Sequence record: ON528737
Strand: one strand, 5' to 3'
DNA: 64,000 bases
Origin: Shigella phage ESh27
The position numbers and the translations under genes were made by a program. The notes under the pieces were generated by a model, which saw nothing but the letters and a program-made list of their open reading frames with translations, was not told the origin of the DNA and made no database searches. This document shows positions 28,429 to 38,500 of this stretch, one piece after another (the first letter of the stretch is position 1; every line of letters starts with the position of its first letter).

Positions 28429-28620
28429 GCTCTAAAATGTGGATCGGAATATGGTTGCTTAGTATCCCTATGATTTGTATAATATTTTCAATTGCATTGA
28501 GGTACTTATGAAAAATGCACTTCTTATTGTACTAAAAACAATTTGTGATACGGTTTTTTACATTGCATGTTCTTTCACTGGAACATGGTTGGCTTTAACA
28601 TATTTTAATGTAATTTAATT

Positions 28621-28660
28621 GTTTACATCACGGTACGATTATGGTATAGTAGTCTTATCA
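28621..28660 (+). promoter_or_regulatory. early promoter
   Basis: -35 GTTTAC 28621-28626, 18 bp, -10 TATAGT 28645-28650, then TCTTATCAAAA. Confidence 0.5.
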
Positions 28661-28678
28661 AAACACGAGGAATACAAA

Positions 28679-28879
28679 ATGGCTAAGCTTTTTAAAGATG
28701 TTGAAATTGGTGAAAAATTTGTCCTGAATAATGGTCAGCAGCTTATTCGTGTAGCTTCTATCGCCGGACAAACTCATAACTGTATCGCCCCAACGTGTTG
28801 GACTCGATTCTTTATTGAAGATGACACTGAATGTTTAACTGTTGAAGAGCTTTTTGAACGTTCTGATATGACCGAATAA
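28679..28879 (+). CDS. hypothetical protein
   Basis: 66 aa from ATG 28679 (track start lies inside promoter). Confidence 0.4.
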   Translation: MAKLFKDVEIGEKFVLNNGQQLIRVASIAGQTHNCIAPTCWTRFFIEDDTECLTVEELFERSDMTE

Positions 28880-28881
28880 AA

Positions 28882-28920
28882 TTGTACAAACTCTTGAGAG
28901 CAGAGTATAATGCTCTCATG
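28882..28920 (+). promoter_or_regulatory. early promoter within inverted repeat
   Basis: -35 TTGTAC 28882-28887, 18 bp, -10 TATAAT 28906-28911 flanked by GAGAGCA/TGCTCTC. Confidence 0.5.
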
Positions 28921-28955
28921 GATTACAAAAACATTAATCAATTGAGGAAATTAGC

Positions 28956-29402
28956 ATGACCAAATATTTAACTCGTAAAGACCTTCTGGCCGTTGGCGGT
29001 GAAGTTGTTGCAGTAGTTCGTAATGGTGAATACGGTTCCGAAGTTTCTAAAGAGTTTCGTTCTCGTGAAGGTTTTTACTTCTTTGTTAAAGGTTCATCTG
29101 ACTGGCGACAAGTAGCAGCACGATTCTTTGTAGGACGCCAACGTTCTAAACAAGGGTTAGATGCAATTCTTTCTCACATTCGTCAAGGCCGTTCGCAACT
29201 GGCTCGTACCATGGGCACTAATAATATTGAATATGATGTAATCTTTGTTTCAGCCAAGAACATGAAACCTCTGACTACCGGTTATGGTAAAGGTCAATTG
29301 GCTCTGGCATTCACTCGCAATCATTCATCAGAATATCAAACACTCACTGAAATGAACCGTCTTCTGGCTGATAATTTCAAATTCATTCTGCAGAGTTACT
29401 AA
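28956..29402 (+). CDS. hypothetical protein (Ndd-sized, ndd slot)
   Basis: 148 aa between rIIB and 52; followed by hairpin GGCCTA-TTAAGT-TAGGCC + T-run. Confidence 0.5.
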   Translation: MTKYLTRKDLLAVGGEVVAVVRNGEYGSEVSKEFRSREGFYFFVKGSSDWRQVAARFFVGRQRSKQGLDAILSHIRQGRSQLARTMGTNNIEYDVIFVSAKNMKPLTTGYGKGQLALAFTRNHSSEYQTLTEMNRLLADNFKFILQSY

Positions 29403-29410
29403 TTTATATA

Positions 29411-29446
29411 GGCCTATTAAGTTAGGCCTTTAATTTATTTTTTGAG
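29411..29446 (+). terminator. terminator-like hairpin
   Basis: GGCCTA-TTAAGT-TAGGCC followed by T-rich run. Confidence 0.45.
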
Positions 29447-29455
29447 GTAATTAAA

Positions 29456-29602
29456 ATGGTAGCATGGATTATTGCATTGCTGTGTTGGTCGTTTTTATTC
29501 GTTAACACTTTAGTTACGGGCGAAACAACAGTATTTCAACAGGCCGTATCACAAGGTACCTTAGCAGTCTTAGCTCTTATTAACGTGTTAAAAGGCGAGT
29601 AA
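29456..29602 (+). CDS. small hydrophobic protein (ac-like position)
   Basis: 48 aa, one TM helix; found by hand-translation. Confidence 0.35.
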   Translation: MVAWIIALLCWSFLFVNTLVTGETTVFQQAVSQGTLAVLALINVLKGE

Positions 29603-29742
29603 TGATTAAGAAAATCTTAACAGGAGCCTTCGGGCTCTTGTTGTTGCTTACGGTTCTGTACTACGGTGTGATGTTTGGACTAATCCAAGTAGTGCTTTTC
29701 ATTTCAGATGTTATAATGGTTATTCGTTCATTAATATGGTGA
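29602..29742 (+). CDS. small hydrophobic protein
   Basis: 46 aa, hydrophobic; ATG overlaps upstream stop. Confidence 0.35.
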   Translation: MIKKILTGAFGLLLLLTVLYYGVMFGLIQVVLFISDVIMVIRSLIW

Positions 29743-29746
29743 AAAT

Positions 29747-31072
29747 ATGCAATTGAATTCTCGTAATCTAAAAAGTATTATTGATAACGAAGCCTTAGCA
29801 TATGCGATGTACACCGTTGAAAACCGTGCAATCCCAAACATGATTGATGGATTCAAGCCGGTTCAACGTTTTGTGATTCATCGTGCGTTAGATTTGGCTC
29901 GTGGTAATAAAGAAAAATTTCATAAACTTGCGTCAATTGCGGGTGGTGTTGCAGATTTAGGTTATCACCATGGTGAATCTTCTGCACAAGATGCAGGTGC
30001 ATTAATGGCTAACACATGGAACAACAACTATCCACTGTTAGATGGTCAAGGCAACTTTGGTTCTAGAACAGTCCAAAAAGCTGCAGCATCTCGTTATATT
30101 TTTGCTCGTGTAAGTAAAAATTTCTATAATGTCTATAAAGATACTGAATATGCTCCAGCTCATGAAGATAAAGAACACGTTCCACCAAAATTCTATCTTC
30201 CTATTATTCCGACAGTTCTTTTGAATGGTGTCTCTGGTATTGCAACCGGTTACGCAACAAATATTCTGCCTCATAGTTTTAAATCAGTCAAAAAGGCCGT
30301 ATTACAAGCTCTTCAAGGTAAAAATGTCACTAAGCCAAAAGTTGAATTCCCGGAATTCCGTGGTGAAGTGCATGAAGTTGATGGGCGATATGAGATTCAT
30401 GGAACATATAAGTTCACATCTCGCACTCAAATGCAGATAACTGAAATCCCATATAAATTCGATCGTGAAACGTATGTGAGTAAGGTTCTTGACCCGTTGG
30501 AAGACAAAGGTCTAATCTCGTGGGAAGACGATTGTGGTGAACACGGCTTTGGGTTTAAGGTGAAGTTCCGTAAAGAGTACTCGCTTCCTGATGATGAAGA
30601 GCTACGTCATGAAAAAATCATGAAAGATTTTAGTCTCATCGAACGTCGTTCACAAAACATCACAGTGATTAATGAAAAGGGTAAATTAGCGGTCTATGAT
30701 AACGTAGTGGACTTAATCAAAGATTTTGTTGAAGTCCGTAAGACTTACGTTCAGAAACGTATTGACAACAAAATCCTTGAATCTGAAAAAGCATTTAAAC
30801 TTGCTTTTGCTAAGGCACACTTCATCAAAAAAGTTATCAGTGGTGAAATTGTGATTCAGGGCAAGACTCGTAAAGCTTTGACTGAAGAGCTAGCACAAAT
30901 CGAAATGTATAAAGAACATGTTGATAAACTGGTAGGTCTTAACATCTTCCATATCACTTCCGACGAAGCACGTAAACTAGCAGAAGAAGCTAAAGCTAAG
31001 AAAGAAGAAAACGAGTATTGGAAGTCTACTGATGTTGTGACAGAGTACACTAAAGACTTGGAGGCACTTTGA
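29747..31072 (+). CDS. 52: DNA topoisomerase II medium subunit (gp52)
   Basis: 441 aa; GyrA-like N-terminal region; T4 synteny. Confidence 0.9.
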   Translation: MQLNSRNLKSIIDNEALAYAMYTVENRAIPNMIDGFKPVQRFVIHRALDLARGNKEKFHKLASIAGGVADLGYHHGESSAQDAGALMANTWNNNYPLLDGQGNFGSRTVQKAAASRYIFARVSKNFYNVYKDTEYAPAHEDKEHVPPKFYLPIIPTVLLNGVSGIATGYATNILPHSFKSVKKAVLQALQGKNVTKPKVEFPEFRGEVHEVDGRYEIHGTYKFTSRTQMQITEIPYKFDRETYVSKVLDPLEDKGLISWEDDCGEHGFGFKVKFRKEYSLPDDEELRHEKIMKDFSLIERRSQNITVINEKGKLAVYDNVVDLIKDFVEVRKTYVQKRIDNKILESEKAFKLAFAKAHFIKKVISGEIVIQGKTRKALTEELAQIEMYKEHVDKLVGLNIFHITSDEARKLAEEAKAKKEENEYWKSTDVVTEYTKDLEAL

Positions 31073-31148
31073 GTGCCCTAGCCTTAGGATTTCTCGGTGC
31101 AATAGCTGCACTAGTGATTTGGCTGTATTGGTTGGACAATCACGATTA

Positions 31149-31180
31149 GGGAGCTTCGGCTCCCTTTGTGCATTTTTTTC
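31149..31180 (+). terminator. intrinsic terminator after gene 52
   Basis: GGGAGC-TTCG-GCTCCC hairpin 31149-31164 then TTTGTGCATTTTTTT. Confidence 0.6.
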
Positions 31181-31190
31181 TCACAAAACA

Positions 31191-31228
31191 GTTTACATGT
31201 GCTTCAAACGTGATATTATAGACCTATC
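31191..31228 (+). promoter_or_regulatory. early promoter upstream of motA
   Basis: -35 GTTTAC 31191-31196, 17 bp, -10 TATTAT 31214-31219, then AGACCTATCAA. Confidence 0.5.
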
Positions 31229-31258
31229 AAAACAAAACAACCAAATTGGAGAAATAAA

Positions 31259-31891
31259 ATGTCTAAAGTTACTTACATCATCAAAGCTTCTGAAAACGCT
31301 CTGAATGAAAAAACTGCGGCAATAATGGTTTATATCATTAAGAACAACTTCACCACTGCTGCCAATGTCCGTGAAGCTCTGGAAGCAGAATACAATGCAT
31401 CAGTTGTTAACTCTAACATTGGTGTATTGATTAAGAAAGGTTTAGTCGAAAAATCCGGTGATGGACTTGTGGCAACCGGCGAAGCAATGGATATTATCCA
31501 AAAAGCTGCAGACCTATTTGCTCAAGAAAATGCTCCAGAACTTCTTCAGAAACGTAACACTAGAAAAGCACGTGGAGTTACTCCTGAAATGCATGAATTA
31601 GCAAACTTTGTTTTTGAAAATATTAAAGATAAAGTTGAAGTTAAAGAAATTGGTGAAAACCGTAGTAACTTGGAAGTTCGATTTGCAAAACGAGTTCTAG
31701 GTATTCGCCAAATTGAAATTCGACGAGATGGCGCTCTTAGAATCTTTGCATACAACATGTCAGAAGCTGAATCAAAGCTGTTTACTTCTCTTGAAAATGA
31801 TGTTAAGATTAAGATCGGTGGTAAATATACTTACATTGACTTCCCTAATGTGTCCAAAGAAATCATTACCCTTGTAACTAACGTACTGTGA
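31259..31891 (+). CDS. motA: MotA middle-transcription activator
   Basis: 210 aa; N-terminus MSKVTYIIKAS and NSNIGVLIKKGLVEKSGDGL block. Confidence 0.8.
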   Translation: MSKVTYIIKASENALNEKTAAIMVYIIKNNFTTAANVREALEAEYNASVVNSNIGVLIKKGLVEKSGDGLVATGEAMDIIQKAADLFAQENAPELLQKRNTRKARGVTPEMHELANFVFENIKDKVEVKEIGENRSNLEVRFAKRVLGIRQIEIRRDGALRIFAYNMSEAESKLFTSLENDVKIKIGGKYTYIDFPNVSKEIITLVTNVL

Positions 31892-31901
31892 GGAATACAT
31901 A

Positions 31902-32246
31902 ATGAATAAGCTGAATATTATTAACGAACTTCGTAAATGTGCAGAACCTACTCAGGAAGGATGGGATATTTGGTACCATGGAGCTTATCTTGGAACTATC
32001 GTTAAAGTTAGAGCTGGGTTATATTTAATTATTCGCGAAAATTCTGAATTCCCTAATGGAGTAGCTCCAGGCGGTGTACGTAAAAACTACATGGCAGCGA
32101 TCAGTTCATTTGTTGATGCAGCTTACGAAATCTATAAAGAAGATTATAAAGAATATCAGCAGTCACAACCGGTTATTCGTTCGATTGGTGTAAATAAACA
32201 AGCACAAAAATCTATTTGGCAACGTATTAAGGAATGGTTTAAATGA
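31902..32246 (+). CDS. hypothetical protein
   Basis: 114 aa. Confidence 0.5.
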   Translation: MNKLNIINELRKCAEPTQEGWDIWYHGAYLGTIVKVRAGLYLIIRENSEFPNGVAPGGVRKNYMAAISSFVDAAYEIYKEDYKEYQQSQPVIRSIGVNKQAQKSIWQRIKEWFK

Positions 32247-32704
32247 AATCATTTAAAGAACGCTTAGAGCTATTAGATTTAGCCTTGTCTCGTGAGACTC
32301 CTGAAAGTCTAGCAGAAAAATTCCAGTCCTACGGTTATAATTATTCTGCTGATGATATAATGAATGAAGTTCCTGAAATCTGTTGGCAAACGTGCTATTG
32401 GAACAATGACCAAAAAGTTCAACGTGTTATAGTATGTGCAGCTAATAGGTTTAAATTGAAGAGTGGTGGAACTCTGGTTATTCCTGGAGTTCGTCATTAC
32501 TCTAAAGATATGGCTGAAGTACTTGATATAGTTGGTCCTCAATTAGTCTCGCAACAAGTTTGTGGTGACGACCAAGGCTTTATTGACCAATACTCTAATT
32601 ACTGGACACGTGAAGAAGCAATGATTATTGCAACGTATGCTGGACAGGTATGTATTGAACGTGGCGGAAGTGAGAAAGAACTTTATTCAGAGGACCTTTA
32701 CTAA
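32243..32704 (+). CDS. hypothetical protein
   Basis: 153 aa; overlaps upstream stop. Confidence 0.5.
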   Translation: MKSFKERLELLDLALSRETPESLAEKFQSYGYNYSADDIMNEVPEICWQTCYWNNDQKVQRVIVCAANRFKLKSGGTLVIPGVRHYSKDMAEVLDIVGPQLVSQQVCGDDQGFIDQYSNYWTREEAMIIATYAGQVCIERGGSEKELYSEDLY

Positions 32705-32985
32705 TGAACCTTAAACAACTCCAGAAAGATGCTATTGAATCACGTATCCAAGATATCAAACGTCTTAATCATATGATGGAAGAAAACTATGGCATGTATG
32801 CTAATCAGCCAGGTTGGGATGCTTTAGATCATCCTTATTTGGTCAATCTATGTAAAGGTGATACATTAGCAATTATTCGTGAAGGGTTAAAACCTTTCTT
32901 GCGTGACATGTATATTAAAATGAACGAAGAAATTATTAGCTCGTTGCAATATCAATTAAGGAAATTAGATGATGAGAATAATTGA
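32704..32985 (+). CDS. hypothetical protein
   Basis: 93 aa. Confidence 0.45.
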   Translation: MNLKQLQKDAIESRIQDIKRLNHMMEENYGMYANQPGWDALDHPYLVNLCKGDTLAIIREGLKPFLRDMYIKMNEEIISSLQYQLRKLDDENN

Positions 32986-33196
32986 TTCTAAAGCAGATTA
33001 TTTTAATTCTGTTAATGATAAGAATAAAGCTTTAATTCGCCACTTTATTACTGAGATGGGTTATACTGACTCTAAAGATTTGAAAGAACACATTATCGAA
33101 TGTTCTGTGGCTAAAAAGTTTTCTTTTACCGATAAATGTTTAAATGAGGTTATAAATCATTATGAACAATCTTGTAGCAAAACACGATTTCAATAA
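32969..33196 (+). CDS. hypothetical protein
   Basis: 75 aa; overlaps upstream ORF by 17 nt. Confidence 0.35.
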   Translation: MMRIIDSKADYFNSVNDKNKALIRHFITEMGYTDSKDLKEHIIECSVAKKFSFTDKCLNEVINHYEQSCSKTRFQ

Positions 33197-33270
33197 GGCT
33201 TCCGTCCATAAGGACAAGAAGAAATCGGAACTTCAATCTAAACGTAAACAAAAACATAAGGGTAAAGACT

Positions 33271-33558
33271 ATGCTTACTAAAATCAAAGAAAATCCTGCC
33301 ACTGAACTTGTTATTCGATGTGAAGAACTTGCAGAGCTTTATCAGGTTAACCGAGAAGTATATCGTAGTGTTGTTGCCGATATGGCAGACGAAGTATGTT
33401 CTCGTATTCCTTTTAGTGTCGATTTCAATCATATGAAGCCTGGTGAAATCACTATCGTATTTGGTTCTGACTATACTGAAGAACGGGCTTTTAATGTCCT
33501 AGAATATGAAATGTCATTCTTTGACATACAGGACTACATTGATAGTTATAAGGAATGA
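33271..33558 (+). CDS. hypothetical acidic protein
   Basis: 95 aa, strongly acidic; lies in the arn/asiA neighbourhood. Confidence 0.45.
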   Translation: MLTKIKENPATELVIRCEELAELYQVNREVYRSVVADMADEVCSRIPFSVDFNHMKPGEITIVFGSDYTEERAFNVLEYEMSFFDIQDYIDSYKE

Positions 33559-33559
33559 T

Positions 33560-33721
33560 ATGAGCCATAATCTTCAGAACGTAGTAGAGGCAGAACGTGA
33601 GCGTGAGGCTTTAGTCTATAATGAACTATTAGCCACGTTCTTGGCCTTACACTCGTATGAACAAGAAGACTACACTGATTACGTTAAAAGTGTAGAAAAA
33701 GCTGTTTACAATCAACACTGA
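33560..33721 (+). CDS. hypothetical small protein
   Basis: 53 aa from ATG 33560. Confidence 0.3.
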   Translation: MSHNLQNVVEAEREREALVYNELLATFLALHSYEQEDYTDYVKSVEKAVYNQH

Positions 33722-33767
33722 TAATGGTACTATAATCGTATCAACCAAATGGAATGAATAAAACGTT

Positions 33768-34040
33768 ATGAATAAAGATATTGAAATTGTACGTGAAATT
33801 ATTACTGTTGCTTCTATTTTGATTAAATTCTCGAGGGAAGATATTGTTGAAGACCGAGCAAATTTCATCGGATTCTTGAATGAGATTGGAATTAAAAAAG
33901 ATGGTCGACAGCTAAATCAGAGTTCGTTCAGAAAACTAATTACAAATTTAACTGCCGAAGAAAAGAAAACACTGATTAGTGAATTCAATGAAGGTTTTGA
34001 AAATATTTATCGCCATTTGACGATGTATTCTAACAACTAA
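33768..34040 (+). CDS. asiA: AsiA anti-sigma70 factor
   Basis: 90 aa; REIITVASILIKFSREDIVE...EFNEGFE block characteristic of AsiA. Confidence 0.85.
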   Translation: MNKDIEIVREIITVASILIKFSREDIVEDRANFIGFLNEIGIKKDGRQLNQSSFRKLITNLTAEEKKTLISEFNEGFENIYRHLTMYSNN

Positions 34041-34700
34041 TTATTTAGCCCGCCCTAATATCCTTGCTGCTTGGTTGCATATTGCAGCCAAGCGTTCTTC
34101 ATTTAACACATCCGACCCCTTATACCAATACATAGAAACAGTTCCAGCATATATGTTATCCAAATTGAAGTAAGGACAACTATACATATATGCCAGTTCC
34201 GGAGTTTTTGATTTGGTAGGTAAGAAAGCAAAATCTGTTTTAGAAGTAAAGTGAAGTCCACTTAAATGGACCGAATACTCTGCTGTCGTTTTATCGACAG
34301 GAAATCCTCCCATAGATTTTTCAGTTACTGTGCTAGGTAACTTACCTTCATACGCAATAAGGTCGACGAAATAATTTAGATTTTTAGGTCTGAAAGAATA
34401 CACCGAACTAAAATCCGCCCTTGATGTGACGTGGACTATTTGTAGTTGTTCTAAAGCCGCAGATTCAAATCGTGTATTTCTTTCTTTTTGAATTACTTCT
34501 GTGTAAGTATCATATTTCGACCTCACGTAATAATCCATAAAAATATTCCCCTTGTACCATATTAGTGCCATTAGGAACAAAAGAACTACAACAGCAACTC
34601 TGGAAATAAGAATATTTCCAGAGGCGTTATCTTTGAAAATGCGGTCTAGCAACCCAAATAAAATATCACTAAGCGAAAATGATATTCTAGGTGCTGCCAT
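34041..34700 (-). CDS. t: holin T
   Basis: 219 aa; N-terminus MAAPRISFS, one TM then large periplasmic domain; C-terminus ARILGRAK; late promoter upstream. Confidence 0.9.
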   Translation of the reverse strand: MAAPRISFSLSDILFGLLDRIFKDNASGNILISRVAVVVLLFLMALIWYKGNIFMDYYVRSKYDTYTEVIQKERNTRFESAALEQLQIVHVTSRADFSSVYSFRPKNLNYFVDLIAYEGKLPSTVTEKSMGGFPVDKTTAEYSVHLSGLHFTSKTDFAFLPTKSKTPELAYMYSCPYFNLDNIYAGTVSMYWYKGSDVLNEERLAAICNQAARILGRAK

Positions 34701-34718
34701 AGACCCTCCTTTTAAGGA

Positions 34719-34726
34719 TATTTATA
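34719..34726 (-). promoter_or_regulatory. late promoter for holin t
   Basis: TATAAATA on minus strand (plus TATTTATA), 19 nt upstream of t ATG; SD AAGGAGGG between. Confidence 0.6.
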
Positions 34727-34745
34727 TGCTGAGAGGTATTACCAT

Positions 34746-35525
34746 TTAAATCCAGGAACCATAGATCGTGCCTGTTGCACCCCATGACGGTGAACTTCCG
34801 AATACTGCTCTGCCAGGAGCACCGCCACCAGATCTAGATAAGTGATTACCCCATCCATCTCCGCCCCGACCTCCAGCATCGCCGCCATTGCCTCCGCCGA
34901 ATTGGGAAGTGTAACCGGCGCCGCCCGGGGCGTCATAACTAGCATTACCACCCGGCCAATTAACACCACCGCCACCGAGACCAAATGGTCTGCCACCGCC
35001 ACCACCAGCTGTAGCATTTGGCGCCCAGCTATTCTGTAATGACACTGCACCACCACCGCCACCGCCTGATGCAATAACGCCATAGTTCCAAATACGAAGT
35101 CTTCCGCCGATATCATTTTGGATTACATCGCCGCCATTTGTGCCTGGGTTTCCGTTTACAGTACCGTTACCACCTCGTCCCCACATATGAACACCGCCGT
35201 GAATATTCAAAGTGACATATTCGTTAGGAGTATCACCATACATGAAGAATAAAGGAACGTCTTTAGAATATGATACCAAATTTCCGGTGATATTAAACAC
35301 TATAGGCGCACTACCTGCCTCAAAACATCTATCTCGGAACCATTGACCATTGAAGTTATGGTCTGCTCCAAGTGTGTGAATAATTTCTCTTGAGCGACCT
35401 GCAAATTGACTCATCCAGCAAGGAACACCCAATCTTAATTGACCAGCTGCTTGACTCATCCAGCGCTGACCCGTTTCATTTACGGCTGAACTTCCAATCC
35501 AGCCAGGAACTCCAACTACTGCCAT
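34746..35525 (-). CDS. 38: gp38 tail-fibre tip adhesin (T2-type, glycine-rich motifs)
   Basis: 259 aa; conserved N-terminus [13 protein letters not shown]; C-terminal half with poly-Gly runs separated by short variable segments. Confidence 0.85.
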   Translation of the reverse strand: MAVVGVPGWIGSSAVNETGQRWMSQAAGQLRLGVPCWMSQFAGRSREIIHTLGADHNFNGQWFRDRCFEAGSAPIVFNITGNLVSYSKDVPLFFMYGDTPNEYVTLNIHGGVHMWGRGGNGTVNGNPGTNGGDVIQNDIGGRLRIWNYGVIASGGGGGGAVSLQNSWAPNATAGGGGGRPFGLGGGGVNWPGGNASYDAPGGAGYTSQFGGGNGGDAGGRGGDGWGNHLSRSGGGAPGRAVFGSSPSWGATGTIYGSWI

Positions 35526-35561
35526 AATTTATACTCCAAAGGGGGCATTTCCCCCTTGTTG

Positions 35562-38500
35562 TTAGAATTTAAAATATTTACTAATTTTGCGAGCAATTTT
35601 AGTAAAGAGAGGCGTTTTCAATTCTTTAATTTCTTCGCTCATTTCCTGAATGGCCTTAATTAAAAGCGCGTTCACTGCGGAGTTTGAAATTGTTAAAATT
35701 TCTTCTGGGTTATCCTGAGATCCGACACTAGAAGTGCTAACAGCTTCCGGTAATACTTCTTGCAAATCCTGTGCGATAATACCAATCTCATGGCCGATAA
35801 CTTCGCGGTCAGAAAGAGATTTAACTTTATCATAGGTTTTAACTTTGAGTTTATTTACCTTATCCACCGCATTCTCTTCGTAGTCTTCGACATTAATTTT
35901 CAGACGACGGTCAGAACGAATATAAACGTCGTTACAATATACAGCAGCACCAGCAGTAAAATCACCGTTAGATGCAAATGCATAATCACTCCCACCCACA
36001 TGCAATACAACATGAGGATTACCACCGCCAGCATGAACACCCATCGCCGCAAGGTGCTGTTCGCCCCAATGAGTAGCTTTCCAAATGTTATATGCTTGAT
36101 TTCGTGAGTCCTGACAGTCTACCAACAATCCAGCCGGACGGTCTCGCCAGTCTACCCATGCACCACCGGAAATATTACCACGGATAAGAGCGTATTCACT
36201 ATTATATGGAACACGCTCTCCCGCTAGAATCATTGCACCCTGGAAGTGATGACTAAATGAACCACCATGATTATTGTGAATATGTAAAATACCCTCATCT
36301 GTAGCCCAGATAACAGCCTTTTCTGCATCGCTATCATCTCTAAACCAGATATGTCGTGCACCAGTTGAGTTTTTGATGGTTATTCCGTTAGGTCCATGCA
36401 CGGTCAAAGCACCAGCAACATCAAACATCAAACTGTTATCTGTCCTGCGTTCAGCATAGAAGTGATAACCTTTTGAATCGCCGACTTCCAATACTGCCGC
36501 GCGACCAACTTCTGAATTTCCCCAATTGTTGATAGAGAATCGTTCAGAGCTATTATTCATCTGATTTAGGTATAATGTACCATCAGTGAATGTTTCGCCA
36601 AAGAAACGAGTTTTAATTGCACCTGTCGCTAAAGTACGTTCAGTGGAAAAATGAGCGCCTTGACTATCTTCTAACTGGATGATGTTATCACGACCATTAT
36701 TACTATCACCCCAATGGTTAAATTTAAAATAATCTCGTGATCCTAAACGTCCCGGGTCAAAAGTCATCACGCCTTTCATGTTAATATCACCGCTGACCAG
36801 AACGTTATCTGGGAAGTTAACAGTACCGTCTTGATTAAAACGAGACGCATGGCCTTGTGAACCATCTTCTTTCAGATGATGAATAACGAATGTACCTGAT
36901 TCAATTTCGGTACCTAAAGACCAAACGGATTTACCGTTTAAAAACTTCTGTTTAACAATAGGATAATATTTGCTTACAGCGTCATCATCGATTTCCTGGA
37001 AAATAGGAGCCGCTTGAACATATTGAATGTCATAACCGCCGGCACCCGCTCCATGACCAACAAATTTAATATAGCCATTCGCAGCAAACGTATTGTAACT
37101 TGATTGTAAATCTGGAATAGTAACTTTACCGGTATCTAAAGCCATACTAAACGGGCGAAGTGGACCGATATCACCATGTTTACCTTCACCATAAGCAGTT
37201 GGAATAATATGAAGACTGCCTTCTGAACGTCTAAAAATGGCTCCATAATCTGCGTTCCAAATACGAAGAGCATTCACTGCTCCAGATGAAATTTCACCTG
37301 TTGTGTGAACTCCTCTATCTCCAGCAGTAACACCAGATGATTCAAATGAACCATTAACGTTCATTTCTACTTCGCCAGTAGTAAGTCTTTGAATATAGCT
37401 CATCCAGCTAGTTGCATCAGAAATTTCCATAATGTTTTTACGGATACCTCCGCTTGGATCAACAAACGTATTACCCCAAACTTTAATATCCATATTATCA
37501 ACCGAGCTGTATCCTGTTGTGTTGCCTCTAAACATTAGTGTAGAAGAATTATTTCTACCATCTATATTAACAGAACCACCAATAACGTCAATATTACCAG
37601 GAGTAACTAACAAACCGCCATGAGTATTAATGTTTGTGGTACCCTTGCCGCGGAAATAATGATGATAGTTACCGCCTTGATAATATCCTAAAAGAGTTTG
37701 ACCATCGCCGTATGCGTTATTATCATGGTAAGTAACAACAGTGGCCAAAGCATAGTTTTCTGTCGGTGGCGTTGTCATAAGAAGCCCATCTGGAGAATAA
37801 CCCATAACCATTTTTCTAAGGCTTTGTGTTTCCGCAGGACCGTAAATGAAAGTTTTTGTTCCGTTGTTTACTGTATGGAAATATCCATCCTGATGCCACT
37901 TAAATCCGGTATCATTATCACCAAGAACAATTGAGGCCGTTCCTAATTCAGAATATCCTTTTGGACCACCTGGAAGACCTACAGCGATAGAATGACCGGC
38001 TTTCAATCCACCGGACCAGGTAAACGACCAAAGATAAGTGTCTAAGCCATCTCCGGAATACCAGGTTATTCCGTCATTAACATTAACTTCGTGGAAAATA
38101 CCTGCTCCTACAGCATTTCGCATAACACGGAGGTGGTTAATAGCCGTTTCGCTTTCTGCCAATGGAGTGTTATTTGATAATGAATAGATGTCATAATCGC
38201 CTGTCTTCTTCCCATTTGTAATAACTTTGTCGGTCAGAATTTGTGGAGACGAAATAGATTTCCATGCTGATACTTCAGGTGAAGTAAATAGTCCACTGCC
38301 CGAAAATGCATAGGTGCTTTCATCACCAGCGGCGTAGTCTTGAACCCTGATATTAAGTACTTGTGTAGTTAAACCATCATTAGCCGGGGCATAAATGATT
38401 CCACGTTCGCGACTATTGTTATCGAAAAAACGAACATGTGCTGTACCTGAACTTTTTGTAATAAGTTCACCGCCTTCAGTCATAATCTGCCCAGCGGCAA

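Noticed and set aside
34739-35116. 125-aa minus-strand ORF (and a 65-aa plus-strand ORF at 34842-35039) inside gene 38
   Set aside because: Alternative-frame artefacts of the Gly-codon repeats of gp38
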